From the IMG/VR virus record IMGVR_UViG_3300012920_000027: a DNA stretch of 64,000 nt. The stretch is one strand, 5' to 3'. Position 1 is the stretch's first letter. Each line of letters opens with the position of its first letter. The stretch comes from an uncultured virus (IMG/VR IMGVR_UViG_3300012920_000027) (taxonomy: Duplodnaviria; Heunggongvirae; Uroviricota; Caudoviricetes). Below, piece after piece: positions 1 through 10,039 of this stretch. The notes below the pieces were generated by a model. The model was given only the letters and a program-made list of their open reading frames with translations. It had not been told where the DNA came from and searched no databases. The translations under genes and the position numbers were made by a program.

Positions 1-1494
1 ACGGCCACGGCCACGACTGCGACGGTTCTTTGCAGCCCTGCGGGAACTACTGCGTTGTTGTGTTGTGCCCGAGGATGGACGAATCGTAGCGAGAATGGTG
101 CCCTTCGGCACGAGGTCCTCGAAGCCTTTGTCCATGCGAGCGTGGACCAGCAAGCGGACAGTACGGTTGGCTTCGGAGATGCCACCTGCAGTAGCAGTCT
201 TGTTGATTGATCCGTTCTTTGGCTCGGCCTTGCTGTTGAGGGCTGCAAAGAAGTACACCCAATCCGTTGAAATCAGTGAACCTTTCTTGTTTGTGAACAG
301 CCTTGAGCCAGGAGTTCCTCCTGCTGCATCTGCATTCCCAATCGTACCGTTGGCTGCGATTTTGGGTGCTGGACCGGACATCCGATCTCGAATGGATGCA
401 ATACCAGGCCAACCGCCATCAGGCCCTACCGATTTGTCGATGGATACCAAGAGCTGTGTGTTGGGGCCCTTGATTGCGAAGTTTTTCGAGTCCTTGAGGA
501 CAGGTGTTCCAGCGTGGATAACGAACATGTCGGTCAAGCCTAGTTGGAACAGATCGGGCGCCAACCCGTATTCCAGTTGAAGTTTCTCAAGACCCATGCG
601 AGCTGTTGCGTAGTCGCCACGCTTGTAGGCGGAAACCGCTTCCTTTGCTTCGTTGAATGCGTCAATCAAGTTTGCTCCGAAGGTGCCATCGGTAAGCATT
701 TTGCGGACCTTGCCCTGAGTTCCGTGCATCATAGCGAGACGGAAGCGTTCGATGTTCCCCTGCTCGACGATCCGTTGCATAACCTGAAGCGTATCGTGTT
801 CCATTGGGTTGAGTGCGACGAAGTCTTGGAAGAGAGCATCGTACATTTGACGGTTCTCAATGAAGAGTTGGTTCAGCGTGTAGTGCGTGTAGGTGCGCTG
901 AGGCAGCATGTTGAGAAGCTCAATGTGAAGTCCGGTGAGATCGTGAATTGAGACGCCAGCTGGCAAAGACAGTTTCTTGGTCTTGCCCTTCGGAATCAGT
1001 TTCCCGTCTTTGTCGTGCGTGTTGATGATTTTCTGCCATTCGGTTGAGACTGAGCGACCCTTGCGGAGTTGCTGCCCTTCAACCTTCTTTGAACCACCAA
1101 TGCACCAGTAGAGGAGTTCTCCCATTTTGAGTGCTTCATCCTTAGGGAATCCGTCTGGAGTGTTGTTGAGGTAGGCCTCGTGGTTGATGTCGTTGCCGCC
1201 CCAGTCCACGAAAAACAGAGCCAAGCTCGTTCGAGCTTGCTCAGGAATCGACTTAACCGATGCGTAGCCCTTCGCCTTCGCAGTTGTAGCCGACCGACGA
1301 ATGTGGGCAAGCATGTGGCTGAGTTGGAATGCGTGAGTCTCCCCGTAGGGGTTGGATTTGACGCCCGACATTTTGGTCATGATTTGGTGCGTGGGAGTTG
1401 TGAACGGAGTGGTGGGGATGGTTTGCTCCAATTCGTTAGGCAGAGATCCTGCCTTTCCACGCTTTGCACGCTTCCTCGTTGCTTGTCGAGCCAT
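1..1494 (-). CDS. Large hypothetical protein, runs off the left edge; Arg/Lys-rich ends
   Basis: Not in the ORF track. Manually translated open frame MARQATRKRAKRGKAG...RRAAKNRRSRGRGR; GAGGTGA RBS upstream of ATG 1494. Confidence 0.85.
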   Translation of the reverse strand, partial: MARQATRKRAKRGKAGSLPNELEQTIPTTPFTTPTHQIMTKMSGVKSNPYGETHAFQLSHMLAHIRRSATTAKAKGYASVKSIPEQARTSLALFFVDWGGNDINHEAYLNNTPDGFPKDEALKMGELLYWCIGGSKKVEGQQLRKGRSVSTEWQKIINTHDKDGKLIPKGKTKKLSLPAGVSIHDLTGLHIELLNMLPQRTYTHYTLNQLFIENRQMYDALFQDFVALNPMEHDTLQVMQRIVEQGNIERFRLAMMHGTQGKVRKMLTDGTFGANLIDAFNEAKEAVSAYKRGDYATARMGLEKLQLEYGLAPDLFQLGLTDMFVIHAGTPVLKDSKNFAIKGPNTQLLVSIDKSVGPDGGWPGIASIRDRMSGPAPKIAANGTIGNADAAGGTPGSRLFTNKKGSLISTDWVYFFAALNSKAEPKNGSINKTATAGGISEANRTVRLLVHARMDKGFEDLVPKGTILATIRPSSGTTQQRSSSRRAAKNRRSRGRGR

Positions 1495-1503
1495 TCAATC
1501 ACC

Positions 1504-2934
1504 TCAAACCGATGGAGTTCCTGATGAACCTGAAGGTCTACGGCGTCGAGAGCCTTGATTCTTTTTCTTCTGCGCTTTGTGAACACCTGCGTCTAAGAGG
1601 TCCTTGCTTCGTTGAGTCTTTTCCGTTGTCGCTGCCTGAAACATTTTCACTGCAGCATAACCACCGACTACGAGAACCATCAAATCTACGGCCATCGGCG
1701 TTTTCACCGTCAAGTCTTCTCCCACGGTCACCGTCGCGCCGAGTCCACCGAGCCCCGCCATCCGTTGATCAGCCATCTTCTTCGAGACGGCGTTGTGGCG
1801 TGAACCCGACATAGCCCAGTACCCTTCCTTCGAAGCCGTACGAGGATCGCTTTGGCGATGGGATGGGAGGAACGAGGTATCAACCTCGAGGGCGAGCGTC
1901 TTTTGCATCGGTGGATGGAGCTGACTGTTCAAAGCACCAACCCAAGGCCAACCCGACGGACCCTCCGTGAGGGAATAAGCCCGAGGGTCAGAGCTGATCA
2001 TGTTCGGTACACCCTTACCGACAACCTGGGCAACATGGGACTTGCCCGTGAATCGCCAATCGTTGGTTCGGAACCCATCACCCTTCTCGCTGTTGTTCGT
2101 AGCTCCAAGCGCACGAGAAATAGCCGTGCCCTGCAAGGAGTCGTTGGCGATTTGTTGGAGGACATTCGATGCGGCTGCAACCGTTCGGTCCATCTGCTCG
2201 AAGATGTCGGGAAGATTGCCCGAGAAAGAAGGAACTGCGTCCAGTTGCTGTTCAAACAGAGAATTGCGTCGACCGATGAGCGACAACACTTCATCGTACT
2301 CGCCCTGGGTCAGTTTCCCTGCGGTCAGTGCGGATTCTGCCTGGGCAAGCATGATGGAACGGGCCGTTTCACGCTCACCGATTTGCTTCTTGGCGAAGGT
2401 CTTCTCGGCAGATGCGCGGAAGTTCACAATGGTCGCTTCGATGTTTGCAAGTGCGTGACCTGATTCTTCAGCAGCCTGTTGCTTTCCTGAGATGGTACCG
2501 TATGCGGGGATGGATTTGATTGCTTTGTCCTTCATTCGGTTGAGTTTGCCGATCTGGAATTGAGACAAGTTGCTGATGATGAAACCGTATTGGGACATCA
2601 ATGTGTTGAATCCTGAAGCAAAGGCTTCTCGAACCTCCATGAAGTTCACCTCGCCGCTTGCTCCTGCTTGGGTTTGACCCAACAGGTACAGTTCTTGTTG
2701 AGAGTTGGATTCCAAGCTCATTTGCACCATGATGTCCTCGATTTCACGGCGAACATCAAGCCAAGTGGTCTCCCTGGTCAATGAATCAGAATCCTGTGCA
2801 TTCTTCGCCCAAGCTTCCATCAATCCCTTGATTGGTGCAAAACGATCGGTCGTCACGAAACGGTCAACGCCCATTCTTCGTGCGAGGTTTGAGACCTCGA
2901 TTTCTTTGGGCTCCAGCAAGTTCGCTTCCGCCAT
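1504..2934 (-). CDS. Hypothetical protein with C-terminal membrane anchor (putative virion protein)
   Basis: Long ORF; likely start MAEANLL at 2934 (TTTGAAGT 30 nt upstream); hydrophobic stretch AVDLMVLVVGGYAAV followed by a basic tail. Confidence 0.75.
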   Translation of the reverse strand: MAEANLLEPKEIEVSNLARRMGVDRFVTTDRFAPIKGLMEAWAKNAQDSDSLTRETTWLDVRREIEDIMVQMSLESNSQQELYLLGQTQAGASGEVNFMEVREAFASGFNTLMSQYGFIISNLSQFQIGKLNRMKDKAIKSIPAYGTISGKQQAAEESGHALANIEATIVNFRASAEKTFAKKQIGERETARSIMLAQAESALTAGKLTQGEYDEVLSLIGRRNSLFEQQLDAVPSFSGNLPDIFEQMDRTVAAASNVLQQIANDSLQGTAISRALGATNNSEKGDGFRTNDWRFTGKSHVAQVVGKGVPNMISSDPRAYSLTEGPSGWPWVGALNSQLHPPMQKTLALEVDTSFLPSHRQSDPRTASKEGYWAMSGSRHNAVSKKMADQRMAGLGGLGATVTVGEDLTVKTPMAVDLMVLVVGGYAAVKMFQAATTEKTQRSKDLLDAGVHKAQKKKNQGSRRRRPSGSSGTPSV

Positions 2935-2956
2935 GGCTGATGCATCCATGATGCAC

Positions 2957-2964
2957 ACTTCAAA
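2957..2964 (-). promoter_or_regulatory. Putative archaeal TATA-like box
   Basis: TTTGAAGT begins 30 nt upstream of ATG 2934, in an intergenic gap. Confidence 0.35.
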
Positions 2965-2997
2965 TCGACCCGTCACACCGTTACGGTTTGATGGTGC

Positions 2998-3939
2998 TCA
3001 CCGTGCAATTCCTCGTCCTAACGAAACAGCCGCAGACCCAAGAGCTGAAGCAAATGTCCCAACGATAGGAGTCCATAACGGTGCTGAAACAACTGCAAGG
3101 ATCACCGAGCCAATCAGCGGTGTCGCCAGAACTGCGTCGCCGTAGAAGCGATACCCAGGCAAACCGCCAACTTTGTCCATCTTTTGACCGATTGCGGCTT
3201 CGACGATCGGCTTCGTTCCCAACCAATCGCTTTCAAGCGGTACCTCTGCAAATTCCGCAGCAGTCATGCGCGCCCCGTCTGTTGTTTGCCATGGCCACAT
3301 GAAGGTCGGAGTGAACTTTGAGAATGGTCCGTATATCGGACCATCTGAATGGCTTGCATCCGAATCGATTCTACCGACTTTCATCCAATCGAGTGGGTTT
3401 TGCCCTTGGATGAAGGGTGATGAGGGGTCGGCCTCCTCCTCCAGACCCAGCGCCGCCCTGGCGAGATTTTCACGGTAGTCGAGTGAAGGAGTGCCTTCCA
3501 TGAATGTGAACAGGTTTTGACGCTCGAGCATCTCGTTGGTTCCCTTGACCAAGCTGATGTGTTGTGGGTATCTGTAGTTCGGGTTGTACCCATCCGGGCG
3601 CGACATTCGTCCGTGTTGAACTCCGACCGAATCGGAAGCTCCACCGAAGACTGCTTCTACCATATCGGCCAACGAGTAATTCTTAACCGCGTCATACGCA
3701 TCCTGCGCTTCAAAAACAAGCACAGCGTTGATTTTATCGTCGAGGCTCCCGATGACAGGGAATTCGATGTCCTCAATCACATCTCCAATGTCTGTACGAA
3801 CTGCTGATTCGAGCGCATCTGTGACTGGGTCATAGGTCGTTTCTTTTGCTGCTCGGAACACATCAACAGTCGCACCTCCAACGCTCTTCAGTGCGTTTCC
3901 CGCTGCCCTGCCGGTGCTGATGAGAAGTGCTGGATTCAT
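2998..3939 (-). CDS. Hypothetical membrane-anchored protein
   Basis: 313-aa ORF, GAGGTG RBS, hydrophobic C-terminus. Confidence 0.8.
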   Translation of the reverse strand: MNPALLISTGRAAGNALKSVGGATVDVFRAAKETTYDPVTDALESAVRTDIGDVIEDIEFPVIGSLDDKINAVLVFEAQDAYDAVKNYSLADMVEAVFGGASDSVGVQHGRMSRPDGYNPNYRYPQHISLVKGTNEMLERQNLFTFMEGTPSLDYRENLARAALGLEEEADPSSPFIQGQNPLDWMKVGRIDSDASHSDGPIYGPFSKFTPTFMWPWQTTDGARMTAAEFAEVPLESDWLGTKPIVEAAIGQKMDKVGGLPGYRFYGDAVLATPLIGSVILAVVSAPLWTPIVGTFASALGSAAVSLGRGIAR

Positions 3940-3948
3940 GTGGACACC

Positions 3949-4647
3949 TCAATCCTTCAGAGGCTCCACGATTCCTTCATCAATGACTTCTGTGACCGTT
4001 TCTGCTGCGGCAGGGATCACCTTGCTCAATGTCTTGGCCAAAACGACTGTGCCGACTGCGATCATCAGCCATCCTGCCGGACCTTGAACCATGTTGATGC
4101 CGACTCGCTTGTACCACTTGTCTGCTTTGTGCGCTTGCACCCGTCCACCTTTTTCCGTTTGGAAGAGGTTGAATGCAGAGGGAATCGTGTCGCCAGCACC
4201 CGTGGCTACAAAGACTGAAGGTGAGGCGATTTCTGCGGCTTTTGATGTGAGGCTGATGTCTGCGTCACGAATGTACCCTTTGTACAGGGAGATCGCCTCT
4301 TCGTTCCGTCCAGATTCCATACGCCCTTCCCACCATGGCTGGACGACCAAAGCATCACGGTTGATGTCGGCGTTTGGATCAATACCGTAGAATCGGGTGT
4401 TCTCGTCTTCTGTTGGATTATCCAGCAGCACAACACCGTCGTCAAGTGGATCAAGAGTGTAGTCTGACCAGGACCGAGGTTTTGGCATTGCAGCCACGCG
4501 AGCTTCAAACGCTTCGGCTGATTCACCCTCACGAATGACGGCATCAGAACGCGCCCTCTTGCGAGCGTGGCGTTCTTCCAACCATTCAATCATGGTCATC
4601 GAATACTGGGGACTGTAGGTGAATCCACCAAGACCTGGGCGACTCAT
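3949..4647 (-). CDS. Hypothetical membrane-anchored protein
   Basis: 232-aa ORF overlapping upstream stop (ATGA), GAGGTG RBS, C-terminal TM segment WLMIAVGTVVLA. Confidence 0.8.
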   Translation of the reverse strand: MSRPGLGGFTYSPQYSMTMIEWLEERHARKRARSDAVIREGESAEAFEARVAAMPKPRSWSDYTLDPLDDGVVLLDNPTEDENTRFYGIDPNADINRDALVVQPWWEGRMESGRNEEAISLYKGYIRDADISLTSKAAEIASPSVFVATGAGDTIPSAFNLFQTEKGGRVQAHKADKWYKRVGINMVQGPAGWLMIAVGTVVLAKTLSKVIPAAAETVTEVIDEGIVEPLKD

Positions 4648-7600
4648 TGGTAGTACACCTCCTCATCTTCATCCTGCTGAATCGGAAGGAACAGCACCTC
4701 ATCATCGGCCTCGTTTTCGAGTTTTACCTTCGTACCTGCGGTAAAGATACCTCCTCGACCAGGAAGTGAAGTGATTGGGCCAAGAGAACCGCCTCCGACA
4801 AGATCGATGAGTTGTTCGGCTTGGCCTCCGCCTTTGATGTCGTCTTCGCTCAAGACTGGAGAAGTGCTCATCCCTCCGCCATCGTTCCGAATGACAGGAG
4901 CAAAGAACCAGTCCTCTGTTGCGGTCCAGAAGTCCTGGTGGTTTGATCCAGTTGGCGCGCCACCCGCATCGATGGCTCGCGTGATACGCTCATATGCATC
5001 CTCAGGTGGCATGTAGCCCATGCCTTTGCCGAGGTCTTGCAGGACAAAGAACCTTCCAGACAGAATACCTGCCTCCATGCTTGATTTGACCTTCAAGGTG
5101 ATTCTTCGGTAACTGGCAAGTCTGCCTTGGCTCATCGTTGGGATTGTGAACCGAGTTGAGGGCAAAGAGCTGATCACAGATTGACTGCCCTGAGCGATTG
5201 CGTCGGGTAAGGTCACCACACGCTGTAGTTCGCCTTGCATCGGGTAGAACGCCATCACTTCAATCACGCCAGGGGCATTGTAGCCTGAGGCAAGCTTACC
5301 CATGTCGTATTCATGGGTCAGGGATTGGCTGAATCTTGCTGCCTCGCCAATCGGTCGGATTCCGTACGAAGTGTCGTAGAATGCCCGCTCGATGTAGTAG
5401 CCTTTGTAGGCTACTCGCTCACCAACACGAGGCGTGCTTGGAGCAGGCGTGAGAACCGATGTACCATCTCGTTCTGCTTCGTAACGGCGCTCGTACTCGC
5501 CGATTCGGCTGATGTCCACCGTAGACTCGTCCATCAGCACGATGTTTGCAGTATCGAACAATTTCTCAGTTGTTTTGGTCGATTTACCGCTGATTGGCCA
5601 ACCGTTCGTTTCGCATTCCGGATAGGCAAGAGCAAGTGTGGCGTAGATTGTGTCGGTCACCGGTTCTTTGTCCCGGGGCAAAGGCGGGAACATTGCATTG
5701 AGTTGGTACCCAGACATCCGGATGAATTGACCAGTTCCACGATCAGTCCGAGGAAGCATTTCAGCACCAACAACACCCAAAGGTGTAGTGTCTCGCTCAT
5801 CAATCGTCCGATAGTAGAACCCTCCAGGGATCCGGAACCTTCCAACAGGGAACGACTTTGGCTTGAAAGACTTCCCAATTGGAGCAGTTCCACCGTTCAT
5901 CTCCGTAAGCATTGAGCGTGTCTCAGCGTTAAGTTGGTTGAACGGCATTGAACCCGGCCCGTAGCCTTCTACCAGGGCAGGTGTCCCATCGCCATTGAGG
6001 TCTTGAAGCCGAATCAACTCGTATTCACCAGGACACAGTTCGACATTGAATGAACCGCTGATGGAATCTGATTCGACGAAGATCGGTTCCTTTGCAGCCT
6101 CCCATGTGTTGCTGTCGTCTGGTTGAACCATGAAGCGCATGCCACGCACAGGGCGAGCTCCAATCACGCCTGCCTTGCTTGCGGCTTTGCCAGCATCGCT
6201 CACGAACTCGTTGTACTGCAGGATTTTGTCGTCATATCCGTCACGATCAGTCGGAGGCATTTTGTCTGCGTTTTCCCACATATCGTTCGCTTGCGGTCGC
6301 ATCACACGGAATTGCATGTTCACCTTTTGGTGGGCTGGGATCATGTCTCGAGTAGGCTCTAGCTCCCAGCGCAAACGGAGGTCGCCCGAACCTGCAGGCA
6401 TTTCGACAAGGTGCATCGGAAGAGGCTCCATGTGGACAGGAACGGTGATGTTCAGTCGCGTGTAGGTGCCCTGCTCGATCCGAATGTTCTCCGACCACAA
6501 GATCTGGAGAGGTTTCGCAGACACGATTTTTCCGTCGCGACGAATCGAACGAGAGGCTGGTTTCGAGTACACGCTCAGACGCTTGTTCTCCCAATCTCCA
6601 GCAGTTCTTTCAGGTGTGGTGACTGTGATTTTCACATTCCCTCGAGGCCACGGGAAACGACCGTTTCGCTCCTCGCCAGTCGCCTTGTAGGCATAGAGGA
6701 AGTGGAACAAATCTGAACCGAGTGATTGACCTTGCCAATCACCGCGCCCTGCCGTTTCCATGGAGATGTCGCCTGCCTTCCCCTCTTCGTACAGGGTTTG
6801 ACCTGATCCGAACTGACCTGGATTTGAGCCCATCGCTGTTTGTCGGCGAGCTTCCTCAAAGTTCACAGCACCACGGACGCTTATTCGGTAGGGTAGTTCC
6901 TTCAATTCCCGACCCTTTTGGTCCTCGAACCTGACCGAGATGGCGAAAAGGGGTTCTGTTGGCATCAATGGCACAGGATTGTCTGCAACCCCAGCATCTG
7001 TCATGAATGCTTCAAGTGAAAGGCCAGTTGCTTGCCCTGTTGCTCGCATTTTACGGTAGGTGTCGATGAGAAGGCGATTGCGGCTGATGATTTGTGAAAC
7101 GACTGCTGGGTCAAGGTAACGCGAGATGATGCCAATGTCGCAGTCTTCGAGAGCCCGAATCCTCGCGGTTTGTTCGTATGAAGCGTAGTACATCTTAGCG
7201 AGGGCGAAATCGTCCTTGTTGCCGATCAATGGAATGCCAGATGTGCGGGAGGTATTCAGTTTCAAAGCGAATTTGCTTCCACCATCGGGGGCCTTGCCCT
7301 TCTTCTGCAGTTCAAAGGTCAAGTCCTCTGGCAAATGCGTGTCTGCCATGAGTACTGCATCCAACTCGGCGAATGTCTGGGGCATGTTTGATGCGGAACC
7401 AGACACCAATCGGTTCTTCTCGATGGTCAGTTCTTGGAAAACAGCAAATGCTTCGTCTGATGAAAGGGTGTAGCTCGCCGTGCCCGTCGACGATGGTCGG
7501 GTCTTCGTTGGGAAAAGGCGTTTTTCTGCACTCGTTCCTTGACCTTCGACAATGGCAAAACCAACGCCTTCTGGCACAGGCGATTGAAGCAGCACAACAT

Positions 7601-7703
7601 CAGAATTCGGAATCGTGCCCACCACGGTCCAATCAGGTGCCCATGAATCTGAAGTCGCAGCGCCAAGTCCATTCTTGTAGGATCCGTATGTGCCCCAAAC
7701 CAT
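4644..7703 (-). CDS. Large hypothetical protein (~1019 aa), putative virion protein
   Basis: Start reassigned to MVWGTYG at 7703: GGAGGTGG RBS and TGATG overlap with the upstream gene. Confidence 0.8.
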   Translation of the reverse strand: MVWGTYGSYKNGLGAATSDSWAPDWTVVGTIPNSDVVLLQSPVPEGVGFAIVEGQGTSAEKRLFPTKTRPSSTGTASYTLSSDEAFAVFQELTIEKNRLVSGSASNMPQTFAELDAVLMADTHLPEDLTFELQKKGKAPDGGSKFALKLNTSRTSGIPLIGNKDDFALAKMYYASYEQTARIRALEDCDIGIISRYLDPAVVSQIISRNRLLIDTYRKMRATGQATGLSLEAFMTDAGVADNPVPLMPTEPLFAISVRFEDQKGRELKELPYRISVRGAVNFEEARRQTAMGSNPGQFGSGQTLYEEGKAGDISMETAGRGDWQGQSLGSDLFHFLYAYKATGEERNGRFPWPRGNVKITVTTPERTAGDWENKRLSVYSKPASRSIRRDGKIVSAKPLQILWSENIRIEQGTYTRLNITVPVHMEPLPMHLVEMPAGSGDLRLRWELEPTRDMIPAHQKVNMQFRVMRPQANDMWENADKMPPTDRDGYDDKILQYNEFVSDAGKAASKAGVIGARPVRGMRFMVQPDDSNTWEAAKEPIFVESDSISGSFNVELCPGEYELIRLQDLNGDGTPALVEGYGPGSMPFNQLNAETRSMLTEMNGGTAPIGKSFKPKSFPVGRFRIPGGFYYRTIDERDTTPLGVVGAEMLPRTDRGTGQFIRMSGYQLNAMFPPLPRDKEPVTDTIYATLALAYPECETNGWPISGKSTKTTEKLFDTANIVLMDESTVDISRIGEYERRYEAERDGTSVLTPAPSTPRVGERVAYKGYYIERAFYDTSYGIRPIGEAARFSQSLTHEYDMGKLASGYNAPGVIEVMAFYPMQGELQRVVTLPDAIAQGSQSVISSLPSTRFTIPTMSQGRLASYRRITLKVKSSMEAGILSGRFFVLQDLGKGMGYMPPEDAYERITRAIDAGGAPTGSNHQDFWTATEDWFFAPVIRNDGGGMSTSPVLSEDDIKGGGQAEQLIDLVGGGSLGPITSLPGRGGIFTAGTKVKLENEADDEVLFLPIQQDEDEEVYYQ

Positions 7704-10027
7704 CAATACCACCTCCCATTTGACCGTGGGTCGCTCATGAAGTTCCTGAAACCTCCGGAAGATCGTGACGATGAAGTCGTTGAGGTTGAAGCTCCAAAGC
7801 CTTGGGCGTACATCAAAGAACGGGTTCCTTGTAGTTGAACGACGACCTTGGAACCAGTAGCGTCGGTCGCGTTTGAGATGATCTTGTACTGGGTTGCAGT
7901 TTGAATCTCTGGCGCCACAAGGTTCAGTCCGCCTTGAGACCAAATCTGAGGCGCTGATTCTTGGCCGTCAACGATGAGAGGTGAGTCAGGTTGCACATAA
8001 AGCGAAGTCAAAGGTTGCAAGAATGCGCTGGGTTGCGATACTGCAGCGTGGTCGGCACCTGGCAACCACAAGGCTGCAGGCACTTGACCTTGTGAGATTC
8101 TTGATGAGATAGGCACTCCTGGGTCAAGGCCCAGCGTAGGGTCGAAGATGTACGGCAAAGAGTCTCCTTGTCCAAAGTTTCGGGGATTGACGCCGGGTAA
8201 CAAGCGCAATGTGTGATGAACAGCTGGAATCATCGGATGCCCTGGCGGTGGATCGGATCCTGGAGGAAGTGGTGGTCCGGAAGGATCAGGGACTTGAACT
8301 GGTGCTGAGATTGTCGCTACATCTCTTTCGACTGCGGTAGATGCGTTGCCTGGTGTGGTTTGTTCGTACACCAAACCTGTGCTATTTGGTTTGAATCGGC
8401 CGGTGTCTTTCGTCAAAGCGTTCAAGTTTGTGTCGTACACTTGCGTCGTCGATGTTTGCCCCGCAGCAGGTAGAATCACAGGATCGCCAATTGCTACTGT
8501 CACAACAGATGCTCCAGCTCCTGTTGTGTCGTACACGGTGCTGGTTCCTGGGACGACCAAGCCACGGGTTTTGTCTACGGGCTGGAGTGAGGCATTGTAG
8601 ACTTGCGCGGCTGGACCAATTCCGTCGGCATCTGCCGTTTCCGGGTGCGTTCGATCATACCCCGAACCGTCTGCGGTCGGCACTTCCTTGCCTGGTAGTT
8701 TTGTGTACTGAGAGTAGTCCGTATCGAACACCTTGTTTGTTTGTCCTGGATAAGCGTCTCCAGCAACATACGAGGCGGCCGCGCCCTGTTCATTGAATCG
8801 ACGGGTTGGGTTTCCGTCCCAAGGAATGTCGGCGCCTGCTACCCATGTGAGTTGGTTCGTGGCAACAGAGGATGTGTACACCTTGTTCCTCACATCACCT
8901 CCAGTTCCTGCACGGGCGCCAGAACCAGGCACAAACACTCCAGGTGCCACCGTAAGTGTACCCAACGCTTCGGAGTAGACTGTGCCGTCATTTGTTCCTG
9001 GTACGCTGACTCCTGCTGCCTTGAGTAGAGGGGTCCCGTCCGTCTTGAAAACATGGGACGAACCAGATCCAACCCAGGGGATTGTGTTTGCTACGACGAA
9101 TTGGAGCGGAGCGGCACTTGGAGAATCATCATGGACATGCGTCGACGCACGACTTCCTTTGACTGGATCACCTGCAGCAGGCACATAGAGCTTGGAACCT
9201 GAAGATTGAGCTGGAGTCACTGAGCTTGGAGTCGGAGGAATCGCCAATTTACCTGCGTACACTCCGTCATCGTACACCATGGACTCGCCAGCTTCGATTG
9301 GATTTGCATCGTAGTAGACCTTTGTAGAACCGGGTACCTTTGTCCCCGTCTCTACCGCTACTTCACTCAAATCATCTGCAAAAACATAGCGCCGTCCATC
9401 TGTGTGTGGCCACTTGTGCGGTACAGGGCGACCTGCTGCTTTTTGGACTGGAGTTGTGCCGTCTTTGCCGAAAATGTACCCGACAAGCCCGGGATAAAGA
9501 CCTCCGGGCAAACCTTGAATCTGATTGAAGGCTTTTCCTCTTGCGATCGCCTCGAACATCGTAGGTTGGGGTGCTCGGTAGTTCGTTGGCTGGAAGTTCA
9601 TGCTGAACTTAGGAACGAACTTCCCTGGTTGAGGCCCAAAGTCGGCAGTCGGACCCCGCTCAGGACCTTTGGGGCCGAATCCGTTGTTGATTGTGAATTG
9701 ATTGGAGAATAACCCAAAAGTAGCCTCAGCACGCTTGAGAACGGCGTCGATGAAAGAACCTGGAATAGCCGTGGACATCCCTTTGTTGTTGAACAAGGGT
9801 TGGTTTAGCGTCAGGCTTCCTGCATCAAGAGCTGTTTGGAGGGATGCTTTGAGTGCTTTCGCTTCACGCAGTTGCCCCATCAGTTGTGATCGCGTCCGAA
9901 ACGGATTTGGTTTTGCCAGTTCGCCTTCCAAGACACGAATTGTACGGTCAAGCCTGTTCAGAACATCACGGGTTGATTCCGTGTCCACGCCGTTTCCAGC
10001 GTTGTTCGAAGGCCTGTTCATCACCAT
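7703..10027 (-). CDS. Repeat-containing Gly/Pro/Thr-rich protein, putative spike or fibre
   Basis: 774 aa with recurring G-x-x-VPG-x(3-5)-VY units. Confidence 0.7.
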   Translation of the reverse strand: MVMNRPSNNAGNGVDTESTRDVLNRLDRTIRVLEGELAKPNPFRTRSQLMGQLREAKALKASLQTALDAGSLTLNQPLFNNKGMSTAIPGSFIDAVLKRAEATFGLFSNQFTINNGFGPKGPERGPTADFGPQPGKFVPKFSMNFQPTNYRAPQPTMFEAIARGKAFNQIQGLPGGLYPGLVGYIFGKDGTTPVQKAAGRPVPHKWPHTDGRRYVFADDLSEVAVETGTKVPGSTKVYYDANPIEAGESMVYDDGVYAGKLAIPPTPSSVTPAQSSGSKLYVPAAGDPVKGSRASTHVHDDSPSAAPLQFVVANTIPWVGSGSSHVFKTDGTPLLKAAGVSVPGTNDGTVYSEALGTLTVAPGVFVPGSGARAGTGGDVRNKVYTSSVATNQLTWVAGADIPWDGNPTRRFNEQGAAASYVAGDAYPGQTNKVFDTDYSQYTKLPGKEVPTADGSGYDRTHPETADADGIGPAAQVYNASLQPVDKTRGLVVPGTSTVYDTTGAGASVVTVAIGDPVILPAAGQTSTTQVYDTNLNALTKDTGRFKPNSTGLVYEQTTPGNASTAVERDVATISAPVQVPDPSGPPLPPGSDPPPGHPMIPAVHHTLRLLPGVNPRNFGQGDSLPYIFDPTLGLDPGVPISSRISQGQVPAALWLPGADHAAVSQPSAFLQPLTSLYVQPDSPLIVDGQESAPQIWSQGGLNLVAPEIQTATQYKIISNATDATGSKVVVQLQGTRSLMYAQGFGASTSTTSSSRSSGGFRNFMSDPRSNGRWY

Positions 10028-10039
10028 TTACTTCACCGA

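Noticed and set aside
6051..6063. Plus-strand TGAACCGCTGATG near-match to the motif
   Set aside because: A single mismatched copy, antisense inside a large CDS, with no supported gene after it; likely chance.
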